Positions 1 through 7,918 of a DNA stretch of 32,000 bases are shown piece by piece. The stretch spans positions 30,001 through 62,000 of the forward strand of contig JBHLRO010000007.1 in the NCBI GenBank assembly GCA_048882505.1. Reading direction: 5' to 3'. A model generated the notes under the pieces. The model saw only the letters and a program-made list of their open reading frames with translations, made no database searches and was not told the origin of the DNA. The DNA comes from Candidatus Thorarchaeota archaeon. GTDB taxonomy: Archaea; Asgardarchaeota; Heimdallarchaeia; Hodarchaeales; Hodarchaeaceae. A program made the position numbers and the translations under genes. The number at the start of each line of letters is the position of its first letter. Position 1 is the stretch's first letter.

Positions 1-2
1 TC

Positions 3-1088
3 CTCGTTGCCGTTATAGGTTTCCTACTAGGCTGGCTTCTTACCCTCTACCTCAGTCTGCCAAGTCTTATCACCTTAATATTGGGTGGAATAGGTTACGT
101 TATTGGTCTCTTTTTAGATCACGCGGATACCCAAAACCAGATATCTACATTTCATTTTACAAGTTTGAAAGGTAATATCCAAGCATATCCCCTGCAAGAT
201 TCTCGTATCCATTATTCACCCATTGAAAACGTTACCAAGGTCTTGTTATACTTTGAGGTCAAGCGAAAGCCTGAAAACTTTCGTTTGGGGGTTCTCAAGA
301 ATTTTGCTGATTTCGAGTACAGCATTTCGGAAGATGATTCCCGCACTCTTCTCACCGTGTTTCTGGAGTACCCCGAGTACAACTATCTCCGAGAACAAGG
401 AAGCCGCCGTCACGAGCGATTCCTGTTCGATATTGAGCAGAAGGGTACAGAGTTCATAGCGGCGGTTGATAAGATCATACCTGGGACCATTTTACGACGG
501 ATACATTACCCAACTCAACAAGGGGATGCCGAAGATTGGCACAGTAATAGGAGTTCACATAGTGATCGCCCTTCTTCTGGTTCGGGAATTCCCCCAGCAG
601 AACCTGGATATTCTTTTCCTCCTACCGATGCCCGTCTAGTAACTAACCCACCAACGCATTTGAATAATCTAGTTTCCGTCATGGCCGAACCTGAAATTCA
701 ACCAGAAATGCCGCCTTCTAATCATCCCACCCCGAAATCTGTAAATGAATCCATGATTATGGATGACCTTCTCGGGGATCGATCCACCCCGACACTTCCT
801 CCTGAAGAGATCGCGAACCTTCAAGATTCAAATGCCCGAGCGTTAGAGGCCTTTTTGAATGAGGAACTAAATCAAAACCAAGTCAGTGAAGATAGCGAAG
901 ACAGTGCTACTCCTCAAAAACCTGAAATGGGAGATCTGTCTCTCCCACATCCGAACAACATGGAAATATCTTCTGAAATTGCTGAAGAAGCAACAAACCC
1001 TCCAAAGGACTCGAAACTATCTACATTCGACAAACAGATTATTGACAGGATCGCTGGATTTCCCAATCGCCCCCAGCCAGACGACTAA
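3..1088 (+). CDS. Membrane-anchored protein, 5'-truncated: TM helices, an alpha/beta domain and a long Pro/Ser/Glu-rich disordered tail
   Basis: The frame is open from position 3 (LVAVIGFLLGWLLTLYLSLPSLITLILGGIGYVIGLFLD, two hydrophobic segments), so the gene starts before the window and not at TTG 81. It ends at TAA 1088. The C-terminal half is low-complexity and acidic/Pro-rich. Confidence 0.75.
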   Translation, partial: LVAVIGFLLGWLLTLYLSLPSLITLILGGIGYVIGLFLDHADTQNQISTFHFTSLKGNIQAYPLQDSRIHYSPIENVTKVLLYFEVKRKPENFRLGVLKNFADFEYSISEDDSRTLLTVFLEYPEYNYLREQGSRRHERFLFDIEQKGTEFIAAVDKIIPGTILRRIHYPTQQGDAEDWHSNRSSHSDRPSSGSGIPPAEPGYSFPPTDARLVTNPPTHLNNLVSVMAEPEIQPEMPPSNHPTPKSVNESMIMDDLLGDRSTPTLPPEEIANLQDSNARALEAFLNEELNQNQVSEDSEDSATPQKPEMGDLSLPHPNNMEISSEIAEEATNPPKDSKLSTFDKQIIDRIAGFPNRPQPDD

Positions 1089-1090
1089 CC

Positions 1091-1594
1091 TCAATCTTGA
1101 CGAGTATTATTACATTTCAAACATTGGAGAACTCCATTGATGAAAAACTGGAGTTTGAAACACCTAGAGCAAAACATGAATGGATGATTCCACTCTTTGA
1201 TTTGACTATTTTTTTCCCCCATAATAAGACGAAAAAGCGATTCCTTTTCATACCGAGATAGAGGGGCCTTTGCAAGCTGCCAAAGCGCTTCCTGGGTCTT
1301 CCCGACTCGAAGAAGACTTTCAATCGTCATACGCATAATAGTAATATCAGTAGTAGGGAGAAGAGGGTATAAATACTTAAGTGCGGATCTTGAACTACCC
1401 TTGGCTAAATATAATTTAGCCAATTTAAAGTCTACCGCAGTTCGGAGAGAAGGAGCGGTTCTATACAGGTATTGAAGCATTTCTAGAGCTTTATCCCATT
1501 CTGCTGTGTCAATATATTGATCAGCTAGGTTAAAGAACTCTGCTTTCTTCTTATCTGTCTCATTGGCCACTTGAGTTTTTCGACGAGGAGACAT
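1091..1594 (-). CDS. TPR-like helical repeat protein with a C-terminal CxxC...CxxC zinc ribbon
   Basis: TPR-like helices (AEWDKALEMLQYLY, FKLAKLYLAKGSSRSALKYL, VGKTQEALWQL) precede FCSRCF...LQCLKC. A GGTGA SD-like site favours ATG 1594 over GTG 1600. Confidence 0.75.
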   Translation of the reverse strand: MSPRRKTQVANETDKKKAEFFNLADQYIDTAEWDKALEMLQYLYRTAPSLRTAVDFKLAKLYLAKGSSRSALKYLYPLLPTTDITIMRMTIESLLRVGKTQEALWQLAKAPLSRYEKESLFRLIMGEKNSQIKEWNHPFMFCSRCFKLQFFINGVLQCLKCNNTRQD

Positions 1595-1615
1595 GGACAC
1601 AATTCACCTTCATTC

Positions 1616-2125
1616 TTATCTTTGGTGACTCCGTTCCCATAATGGGATTGTCTCGAAGCTGAAATTGGAACGATGGCTCATAAGTCGAAGGACTTCCTGA
1701 CGTACTTCAGGCCGAGTTTCCTGAAAACGAGCTAAGCGACGCACCTGGAGCAATCCAGTTGATGTTAAGGTTATCACCCCGATTCCCGCTTCTTTGGCCC
1801 ACCTTAACTGCTGATCCTTTGTAAGGGTGTCCAAGTAGTCAAACTGGGACTCAGGACACACAAGATAACAATAATCACAAAAAAAGCGGTATAATTGAGG
1901 ATGTTGGATGTGGAATTGCGATTCTACTTCGAAAAAATGGATTGATGCATCAAGAGGATGGATACCAGCAAGATCTATTCGAACCTGACTCTGACCTACT
2001 AGATCTTCAAGATGGAGATGTTTCGAAGTGATTTGAAGCTCCTTAAAGGTTCGAAATCGCATTTTCTCTGCTAGGATGGAGTTTAACCGTTGGGTTAAAG
2101 CTGATTCAGGGGGTGGGGATTCCAT
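1616..2125 (-). CDS. PD-(D/E)xK-fold putative endonuclease (MmcB-like)
   Basis: The motifs RIDLAG...IHFFEVE and FCDYCYLVCPE...GIGVITL follow the pattern of MmcB-like restriction-endonuclease-fold proteins. The third catalytic position is E rather than K. Confidence 0.6.
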   Translation of the reverse strand: MESPPPESALTQRLNSILAEKMRFRTFKELQITSKHLHLEDLVGQSQVRIDLAGIHPLDASIHFFEVESQFHIQHPQLYRFFCDYCYLVCPESQFDYLDTLTKDQQLRWAKEAGIGVITLTSTGLLQVRRLARFQETRPEVRQEVLRLMSHRSNFSFETIPLWERSHQR

Positions 2126-2155
2126 TCCAAGTCGTTTTGCTAGGTCAATTCTAGT

Positions 2156-2171
2156 CTTATATAGTAGAAAA
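2156..2171. promoter_or_regulatory. TATA-containing 16-bp motif (CTTATATAGTAGAAAA, i.e. TTTTCTACTATATAAG on the minus strand) in a divergent promoter
   Basis: Matches 13371-13386 at 15/16 positions (in reverse complement). It lies about 30 bp from ATG 2125 (-) and about 25 bp from ATG 2197 (+). Confidence 0.6.
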
Positions 2172-2177
2172 TAGGGG

Positions 2178-2190
2178 GGATTTCAAATCC
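2178..2190. promoter_or_regulatory. Palindrome GGATTT-C-AAATCC, possible operator
   Basis: Perfect 6-bp inverted repeat with a 1-nt centre, between the TATA motif and ATG 2197. Confidence 0.35.
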
Positions 2191-2196
2191 TCTCGG

Positions 2197-2469
2197 ATGA
2201 ATGATTTCACCTATTTAAATAACAATCAAGGACTAAAGGGCGAGAAACCGCAGGAACAACCACTTATGCGCCAACTTCCAATCCCGGATCTGATCTCGAA
2301 AAGTCCCGTGTGCCAGATTTGTGAGGCGGGAATTACAAAATCCTGTCCCCTTCTCTTGCACGATAAGCTGCCAGGTGTAATTCAGGTTAAAAACAATAAG
2401 ATTGTGAGTTGCACCGCACAGCGTTTGTACTTAGGGTATCCACATCCCCTCAAGAAATCGGTGGTGTGA
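2197..2469 (+). CDS. Small Cys-containing (putative Zn-binding) hypothetical protein
   Basis: Four Cys (CQIC...C...C). It ends 4 bp before the Hef-like gene. An alternative start is ATG 2266. Confidence 0.55.
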   Translation: MNDFTYLNNNQGLKGEKPQEQPLMRQLPIPDLISKSPVCQICEAGITKSCPLLLHDKLPGVIQVKNNKIVSCTAQRLYLGYPHPLKKSVV

Positions 2470-2473
2470 TCTC

Positions 2474-3934
2474 GTGACCACTCCTCAATCCACATCGCAG
2501 GTTAACTCCACTTCCCTCTTAAAGTTTGAACCTACCGTAACTGAACAAATGTTACTTCCGCAATTACAAGCACATAATCTTCTGATCTTATACAATCGCC
2601 CTACCAGCTTAATCCGGATCTTAGCGCTCTTTTCTTTGTTTTATTACAACCAGATGGAAGGACGGATCCTTATACTAACAAAAAAGAGTTCTCAGATGGA
2701 ACTACAGGTAGAACTAAAGAAACGTATCAAAATGCGTTCCTCTATCCTAAATGGGGCCATCCTACCCAATGCACGTCGCACTGATTATGGGCAATTCCCC
2801 CTAATTGTCTCGACTCCGAGTACGACAAAGAATGACATTATGAACCACCTGGTCACCGTCGATCATTTTGGATTAATATTAATAGATCATGCGGAAATGG
2901 GTTCTAGTTCTCGCACTCTACGCTGGATTTGTTCCCAGTTCCACCACATTCGCCGCTGTGGATTTACCCAAATGACGGAAAGGGGACGTTTAAAACGTGT
3001 CCAACAAAATATGGGATTGAATGAAATTATTTCTTATGAACTAGCACCAAAGGGCCCAACACGCCCAAATCTACAACATTATCCAATCCCTCTACCACAG
3101 GAATATCACTTCATTCTTGATATTCTGAATGAAATTCGGAAGTATGAACTGAAAGCCCTCCAGAGTCTAGGGCTTCCCGTGTCACCTAAAAGCTCGCATA
3201 AGGAAATCGCTCTGCTTCATGATACATTGAAAACCGACCAGGCTGGTGCAAAGCTCGTGAAAACCGGTAATTTACTCAGAATTATCACCCTCCAAAAAAC
3301 GGTGGTTTCTAAAGGTTTTCCCGCTAGCCTCGACTACTTCCAAAGACTTGAGAAGCAACTGTCTACCGATCAAGACTTTTTAGGCAAATACGGACTTAAT
3401 GAGTTCCTCACAAACCCAAAAATAATGAAAATCAGGGATTTCCTTTTTACTTACAAGGAGCTTATGCACCCGAAAATTCAGATGCTTCTGAAGATGGTAC
3501 GCGAAAATACAGGTCTAATATTAGTGATTACCCCCAATTTCGACATTGCGAGCTATATAGCTTCTATTATGCAGGCCCATGAGATCCCCCTTTCTTATTT
3601 TTCAGACCCTCTCAGTAAGTTTAGTGAAATTCAAATCAAGCAACGCTTGGCAAAGATCAGTGGATTCCAAACCCGTGTAGCTATTGCCAATACAGTAAAT
3701 ACTGTCTTAGCGGAGCGGGCCAAGATAATAATCGGATTTGAGGTTTCGGCAGCCTTAATGGAGCGCTTTGATCGAATTGAAGTAGAAATTCCGAGGGTTT
3801 TTCTTATAGCCAAGCAAACTACTGAAGAACAACGATTTTTTCAACTAAAAAACCTTGGTCGACCTCGGACTACACAAACCTCTGACGTGATTGAGGGCGA
3901 ATTCCAGGGTAAGAACAAGAGTGATTCATCCTGA
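2474..3934 (+). CDS. Hef/FANCM-like SF2 helicase homologue with degenerate catalytic motifs (pseudo-helicase), no ERCC4 nuclease domain
   Basis: Collinear with the archaeal Hef helicase domain: LIVSTPSTTKND ~ VIVATPQTIEND, PLPQEY ~ DLPEIY, HPKIQML ~ HPKMDKL, FLIAKQTTEE ~ ILMAKGTRDE. Walker A reads PTSLIRI (2600-2620), Walker B reads DHAE (2885-2896), and motif VI is absent. Confidence 0.75.
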   Translation: MTTPQSTSQVNSTSLLKFEPTVTEQMLLPQLQAHNLLILYNRPTSLIRILALFSLFYYNQMEGRILILTKKSSQMELQVELKKRIKMRSSILNGAILPNARRTDYGQFPLIVSTPSTTKNDIMNHLVTVDHFGLILIDHAEMGSSSRTLRWICSQFHHIRRCGFTQMTERGRLKRVQQNMGLNEIISYELAPKGPTRPNLQHYPIPLPQEYHFILDILNEIRKYELKALQSLGLPVSPKSSHKEIALLHDTLKTDQAGAKLVKTGNLLRIITLQKTVVSKGFPASLDYFQRLEKQLSTDQDFLGKYGLNEFLTNPKIMKIRDFLFTYKELMHPKIQMLLKMVRENTGLILVITPNFDIASYIASIMQAHEIPLSYFSDPLSKFSEIQIKQRLAKISGFQTRVAIANTVNTVLAERAKIIIGFEVSAALMERFDRIEVEIPRVFLIAKQTTEEQRFFQLKNLGRPRTTQTSDVIEGEFQGKNKSDSS

Positions 3935-4698
3935 GATATCTCTCTCCATCGAGCTTATTGGAATATATAACATGTCCTAGGCAGTTCGCTTATAGAAGAT
4001 TAGCCGGTCTAAGTCTTGTCCATCCTGCACTCCATATTTTTGCTATTCAGGCCCGTACTCATATTCGACGGACTTCTACTAGTATTTTATCTTTTATTTA
4101 CCAAAAACATGCCACAGGTGAACAAATGGCCACAGATAACCTCCATCACCTCATCAACCTCCATTACAACACATCACAGAGATATTGGAACGGGAAAGGC
4201 GTTGAACCATACGTCCCGTACTTAGAGGAGGCGATTCATTCACTCCTTGAGTATTTCCTAAGTAAATTTTGCTTCACTTCCGACCAGCGGGATATTTCTG
4301 TATCCATTCCCATCATGCTCTACCGAATGATTGCAGCTCCAGCATTGGGATTAGCTGGACAACCCTCAGCTGTTTTTCAACATACAGACGGTACGGTACT
4401 GGTATTAATCCAAAGTTGGCGAGACCCGCATAACGATATGGAGAAAATGGCAGTCCAGGCGGCGATCTATAACCAGATTCTGACTTCAAAATTTTCAGAG
4501 TTTTTCTATGTCAACTATCAGTCCTCAGAGATAGTTCATCGTTCAGTCACCCCCGGTGATGTTACGCTTCTCGATCAAACGCTGTCAGACCTCGAGGAAC
4601 AGTACTTGGAGGGAGATTTTCCACGATCTGCGGCTCCACCTTGCGGGTCCTGTGAGTTTTTCTCATTATGTGAAGCTGGACATAAGGTGATCTACTAA
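3931..4698 (+). CDS. Cas4/AddB-like PD-(D/E)xK family protein with 4-Cys Fe-S motif and degenerate active site
   Basis: YLSPSSLLEYITCPRQF at the N-terminus, QAAIY, and C-terminal CGSCEFFSLC (4642-4671). The expected GxxD and (D/E)xK read GQPS and LIQSW. The start is placed at CTG 3931 because the conserved LSPS lies upstream of TTG 3958. Confidence 0.7.
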   Translation: MRYLSPSSLLEYITCPRQFAYRRLAGLSLVHPALHIFAIQARTHIRRTSTSILSFIYQKHATGEQMATDNLHHLINLHYNTSQRYWNGKGVEPYVPYLEEAIHSLLEYFLSKFCFTSDQRDISVSIPIMLYRMIAAPALGLAGQPSAVFQHTDGTVLVLIQSWRDPHNDMEKMAVQAAIYNQILTSKFSEFFYVNYQSSEIVHRSVTPGDVTLLDQTLSDLEEQYLEGDFPRSAAPPCGSCEFFSLCEAGHKVIY

Positions 4699-5598
4699 AT
4701 GGCATTGGATGTTATTCAAATCTTCGTTATAGCTATCTATGGTCTTCTTAAGGTTTATGAACAGTGGTTGTTAACACCCATCCCACCTCTCGAGTACATT
4801 ATACGTCTATTTCTTTTTTATTGGTTTCTTCAATTCTTATTGGGTCTGGTACCTTGGCTGGAGAAAATTGTATACCAATTGTGTTTCCCATTTCGGTGGC
4901 TCCATGTTTTCTTTCACGTTCGCGCGGCTAAACTGGTAACCGAGGAAGTAGAGAAATTACGGAAGGAATCTGATGAAAGTTATAACAAACTGCTTGACAC
5001 TAGCAACCTAAGGGCAACTCTCGTATCTGGACTAGACACTGCTGATGAAAACCCTGGATTAGTTTTAGGCATCAATAGGTTACACCACGCCCGTTTGATT
5101 GCGTTTGCTCCATTGAGATTTGCATTAACAACCGCAGCAGTCTTTGTACTTGTTACTTTCGTGTACATGTACGCGCCGATCGATCCGTTAAAGAAGGTGT
5201 TTGAACTGCCCGTTTTGGTTTCACATTTTTACTTTTACATTGGTATTTTTGGAGTTCTATTTCCTTCCCGTAACGATATGTTCTATTATTATCATGCGGC
5301 GCTTATAAATCTCAGTGTTCGTCCCATGTGGCTATATTGGTCCTTGGGAGTATATGTACTGGTGATTTTGGAGGTTCTGTGGCGTACTGAGGATTTTTTT
5401 ATATCCCTTCTTGTGGCGACAATCGCATTTCACCTTTACATTCTCGGCCTCTTTAGTGTGGCGATTTTTGCGGTAGGGCGTAAAGCGAGGCCATCAGAGA
5501 TCTTTTTCTTCCCCTTTGATCGGTTGAGTGATTGGAAAAACATGCAAGAGGACGGGGCAGATCTTACATTAATTGCATTAGAGGATTTGGATTTATAA
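4699..5598 (+). CDS. Multi-pass membrane protein related to zincin/M50-like metallopeptidases, HExxH replaced by HVFFH
   Basis: Several TM segments. FPFRWLHVFFHVRAAKLV (HVFFH at 4903-4917), LIAFAPL and FPSRND resemble motifs of membrane zincin families. ATG directly follows the previous TAA. Confidence 0.65.
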   Translation: MALDVIQIFVIAIYGLLKVYEQWLLTPIPPLEYIIRLFLFYWFLQFLLGLVPWLEKIVYQLCFPFRWLHVFFHVRAAKLVTEEVEKLRKESDESYNKLLDTSNLRATLVSGLDTADENPGLVLGINRLHHARLIAFAPLRFALTTAAVFVLVTFVYMYAPIDPLKKVFELPVLVSHFYFYIGIFGVLFPSRNDMFYYYHAALINLSVRPMWLYWSLGVYVLVILEVLWRTEDFFISLLVATIAFHLYILGLFSVAIFAVGRKARPSEIFFFPFDRLSDWKNMQEDGADLTLIALEDLDL

Positions 5599-5649
5599 AG
5601 AGGGTATTAATGCAACTATTTATCCTATCGATTCACTAGTTGGCAGGAT

Positions 5650-6384
5650 TTATTGCATATCCGTAAGCGCAGCTAGATTCCATTTAGAAGTAAATGGATG
5701 CTCACCAAATCGGGAAAAAAAAACTTCAAATGAACCATTATCTTTCACGATGTGACAATTCATACACGTAAATTCGCTAATGACTCCTTGGGCATACTGC
5801 TCCCCAAAGTGTGAATGAGAAAGGTTCTGATCGGAAGATTGAATAAGTAGGTGATTTGTAAAGATAATCGGTACTTGGAGCTGTGAGGCGAGGATTTTCA
5901 AGTCTAGTAAGTGATCTGCCAAGAGAGTAATCCATTTTTCCTTCTCTCTCCCCATAAAATAGGCTGCATCTAAGGGACTACCAACCAAAGTGTCCAGTAC
6001 AACTAGATCGTATTTTGAGTTCCTGGATTCATATAAGAATTTTCGAAAGAAAATAACTTGCTCCACCAGTGACTCTGGTTTTACGATAGAAATTTGCTCT
6101 AAGTGCTGAGGTTTCTGTATAATTTTTTTTACGTTTCCCCCACGTAAATGCCCGGAAAAGTCGCTGTATAATACTTGAGCGTCTGAATTCTGCGTCCAAA
6201 GTTCCTTTATGATTTGAAGGCAAAACCAGGTTTTTCCTACTCCGCTATCACCAAATATCGAATATAAATAGCCCCGGCGGAGGCCACCTGTTACGCGATC
6301 TAGGCTCGGGATGCCAAAAGAAGATTTTCCTAGCTGATTCCATTGGGAGATCATATCACGTAGGCTCGTGATTTTCAACATCAC
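5650..6384 (-). CDS. RadB/Rad51-paralog-like RecA-family ATPase
   Basis: GIPSLDRVTGGLRRG, Walker A GDSGVGKT (6229-6252), VLYSD, Walker B LVVLDT and PIIFTNH. There is no N-terminal HhH domain and no RadB KHR motif. Confidence 0.85.
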   Translation of the reverse strand: MMLKITSLRDMISQWNQLGKSSFGIPSLDRVTGGLRRGYLYSIFGDSGVGKTWFCLQIIKELWTQNSDAQVLYSDFSGHLRGGNVKKIIQKPQHLEQISIVKPESLVEQVIFFRKFLYESRNSKYDLVVLDTLVGSPLDAAYFMGREKEKWITLLADHLLDLKILASQLQVPIIFTNHLLIQSSDQNLSHSHFGEQYAQGVISEFTCMNCHIVKDNGSFEVFFSRFGEHPFTSKWNLAALTDMQ

Positions 6385-6841
6385 TTTTCACCTCCAAGAC
6401 GGTTATGTCAGGGTGGATTCTACTCCCAATGAGATCGGTCTTTGCCAAAATAAATACTTGCATTCTGGTACAGAGATAATTTAAACCTATAATCGTTTCA
6501 GTTGAAAAACCAGGGATATATTTCGGTAGGTGTATTATCATGCTTCTGAATCCCAAGTTTGCGGCGGCATGGAGTCTTTTTGTGGCAAACAGGCTATGGA
6601 AGGTCTCAAAACGAGGGATCTGAAGAAAAAAGAGAGAGTTTACCAATTGAACCTTCTTTGCTACGCGCAACGCTTGCACAAAAATGGGAAGTGGGATAGT
6701 ACGATAGTCTACCCACAATATCTGTGCTTTTAATAATGGCAGCCACTCAGGACTAAGTACTAGTTTCACCATGTCCAAATAATTGCCATGCAATAACTGT
6801 GGGGGTGAAATCGAGGAAGTTGTTTGCACGTTCTCCACCAC
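6356..6841 (-). CDS. Small degenerate RecA-fold-like protein without a Walker A motif
   Basis: The strand/helix order LLHG, ILWVD, LFFLQI, FETFHSLF, SMIIH, LNYLCTRMQVFILA mirrors the RecA core. The gene overlaps the RadB-like gene by 29 bp. Confidence 0.5.
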   Translation of the reverse strand: MVENVQTTSSISPPQLLHGNYLDMVKLVLSPEWLPLLKAQILWVDYRTIPLPIFVQALRVAKKVQLVNSLFFLQIPRFETFHSLFATKRLHAAANLGFRSMIIHLPKYIPGFSTETIIGLNYLCTRMQVFILAKTDLIGSRIHPDITVLEVKSDVENHEPT

Positions 6842-7914
6842 TAGACTTTCTTTTCTGTTTTCGTCTCAAGAAGGGTCTCGGGAGTGTCTGCTAAATTTTC
6901 CTGAAATACATACCAATAAGGAATGCCAAATAGAGCAATAATAAGTACTAACCACATTAATAGGGTAGGAATTGGATGGGGGGGTAGCTTCATCAACGGG
7001 AAAATATCTGATCTGGGTTCGACCTGGCCTGAGATTTGAATTGACATTTTAACGAGGATAGGCTCTGTTGTCTCAATGATTTCTGGTGAAATCATGATTG
7101 CTATGGGATAAATTGGTACTTGATGATTAAACACAAGATTTTGAGCAACTTCTACCTGGTGATTACCTTCAAAATGGGTGGTCTGGCCTGCAATAGTAAG
7201 GGAGTTGATGCCAATCCCTTCAACGGACAGATTTACCTGTGTTTCGAGCATTTGAGAGGCAGGATCTTCTATGAGAACCGTAAGGAGGCCAGTACTGAGA
7301 AGTTTTGTACGCGACCATTGATAGTTAAAGACATTTGGTTGAATTCGGAAATTTCGTTCAGCCCCCAGTATTGGTAGGACTTTCCATTCCGTTCCTGAAA
7401 TAGGTTGAAACCCTAATATCGCGGCTTCTAGGATCTGCACGTTTATACCTGGGTTACTCCAAGAGATCCCTCCATCAAGGTTCAAAACGATTTCTAGGTC
7501 ATAATAGGTCTGAGGAGTATGATTAAGGGGTAAAAGCAAGGATTGGGGTAATTCAAACTGATATGCTAGGGCCCGAAGTCCGATGCTATCCCGAAGCTCT
7601 TCATACTGCTTGAACACACCTTCTGAAATATCACCATTAAGATTCACAACCACGAGAATCTGATCCAACTCATCCCCCATGTTTTGAAGTGTCATGTTGA
7701 GTAAAACACGTTCCCACACCTCTGAAAAACCCACGGTTGTGTAGAACACGTAGCGGCTCTCAGTTATTTGGGCAGACCAATCCAGATCTACCACTTCGCT
7801 TCTTAACGCTTCAACATCAGATGGGGTGGCCTTAACTGGGTTTACCACAAATAAACCAAAACCGAACGTACCTACGATTAAGAGTAGTACAACCAAAGTA
7901 AATCCATTAGACAT
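6841..7914 (-). CDS. Secreted, membrane-anchored protein (N-terminal signal/TM, beta-rich ectodomain, C-terminal TM)
   Basis: The start was moved to ATG 7914 (MSNGFTLVVLLLIVGTFGFGLFVV), 4 bp after the upstream stop. The C-terminal TM is LLMWLVLIIALFGIPYWY. Confidence 0.75.
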   Translation of the reverse strand: MSNGFTLVVLLLIVGTFGFGLFVVNPVKATPSDVEALRSEVVDLDWSAQITESRYVFYTTVGFSEVWERVLLNMTLQNMGDELDQILVVVNLNGDISEGVFKQYEELRDSIGLRALAYQFELPQSLLLPLNHTPQTYYDLEIVLNLDGGISWSNPGINVQILEAAILGFQPISGTEWKVLPILGAERNFRIQPNVFNYQWSRTKLLSTGLLTVLIEDPASQMLETQVNLSVEGIGINSLTIAGQTTHFEGNHQVEVAQNLVFNHQVPIYPIAIMISPEIIETTEPILVKMSIQISGQVEPRSDIFPLMKLPPHPIPTLLMWLVLIIALFGIPYWYVFQENLADTPETLLETKTEKKV

Positions 7915-7918
7915 GGCG

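Noticed and set aside
886-1323. ORFs 886-1140 (+) and 1117-1323 (-), and a possible frameshift extension of the first gene
   Set aside because: They overlap better-supported genes (3-1088 and the TPR-zinc ribbon gene) and have no motifs.
3931-4698. Cas4-like gene as evidence of a CRISPR-Cas locus
   Set aside because: No repeat-spacer array, cas1/cas2 or other cas genes appear in the window, and the catalytic residues are missing.
5715-5723. A9 homopolymer as a phase-variation site in the RadB-like gene
   Set aside because: The frame is intact (VFFS) and such runs are expected in AT-rich sequence.
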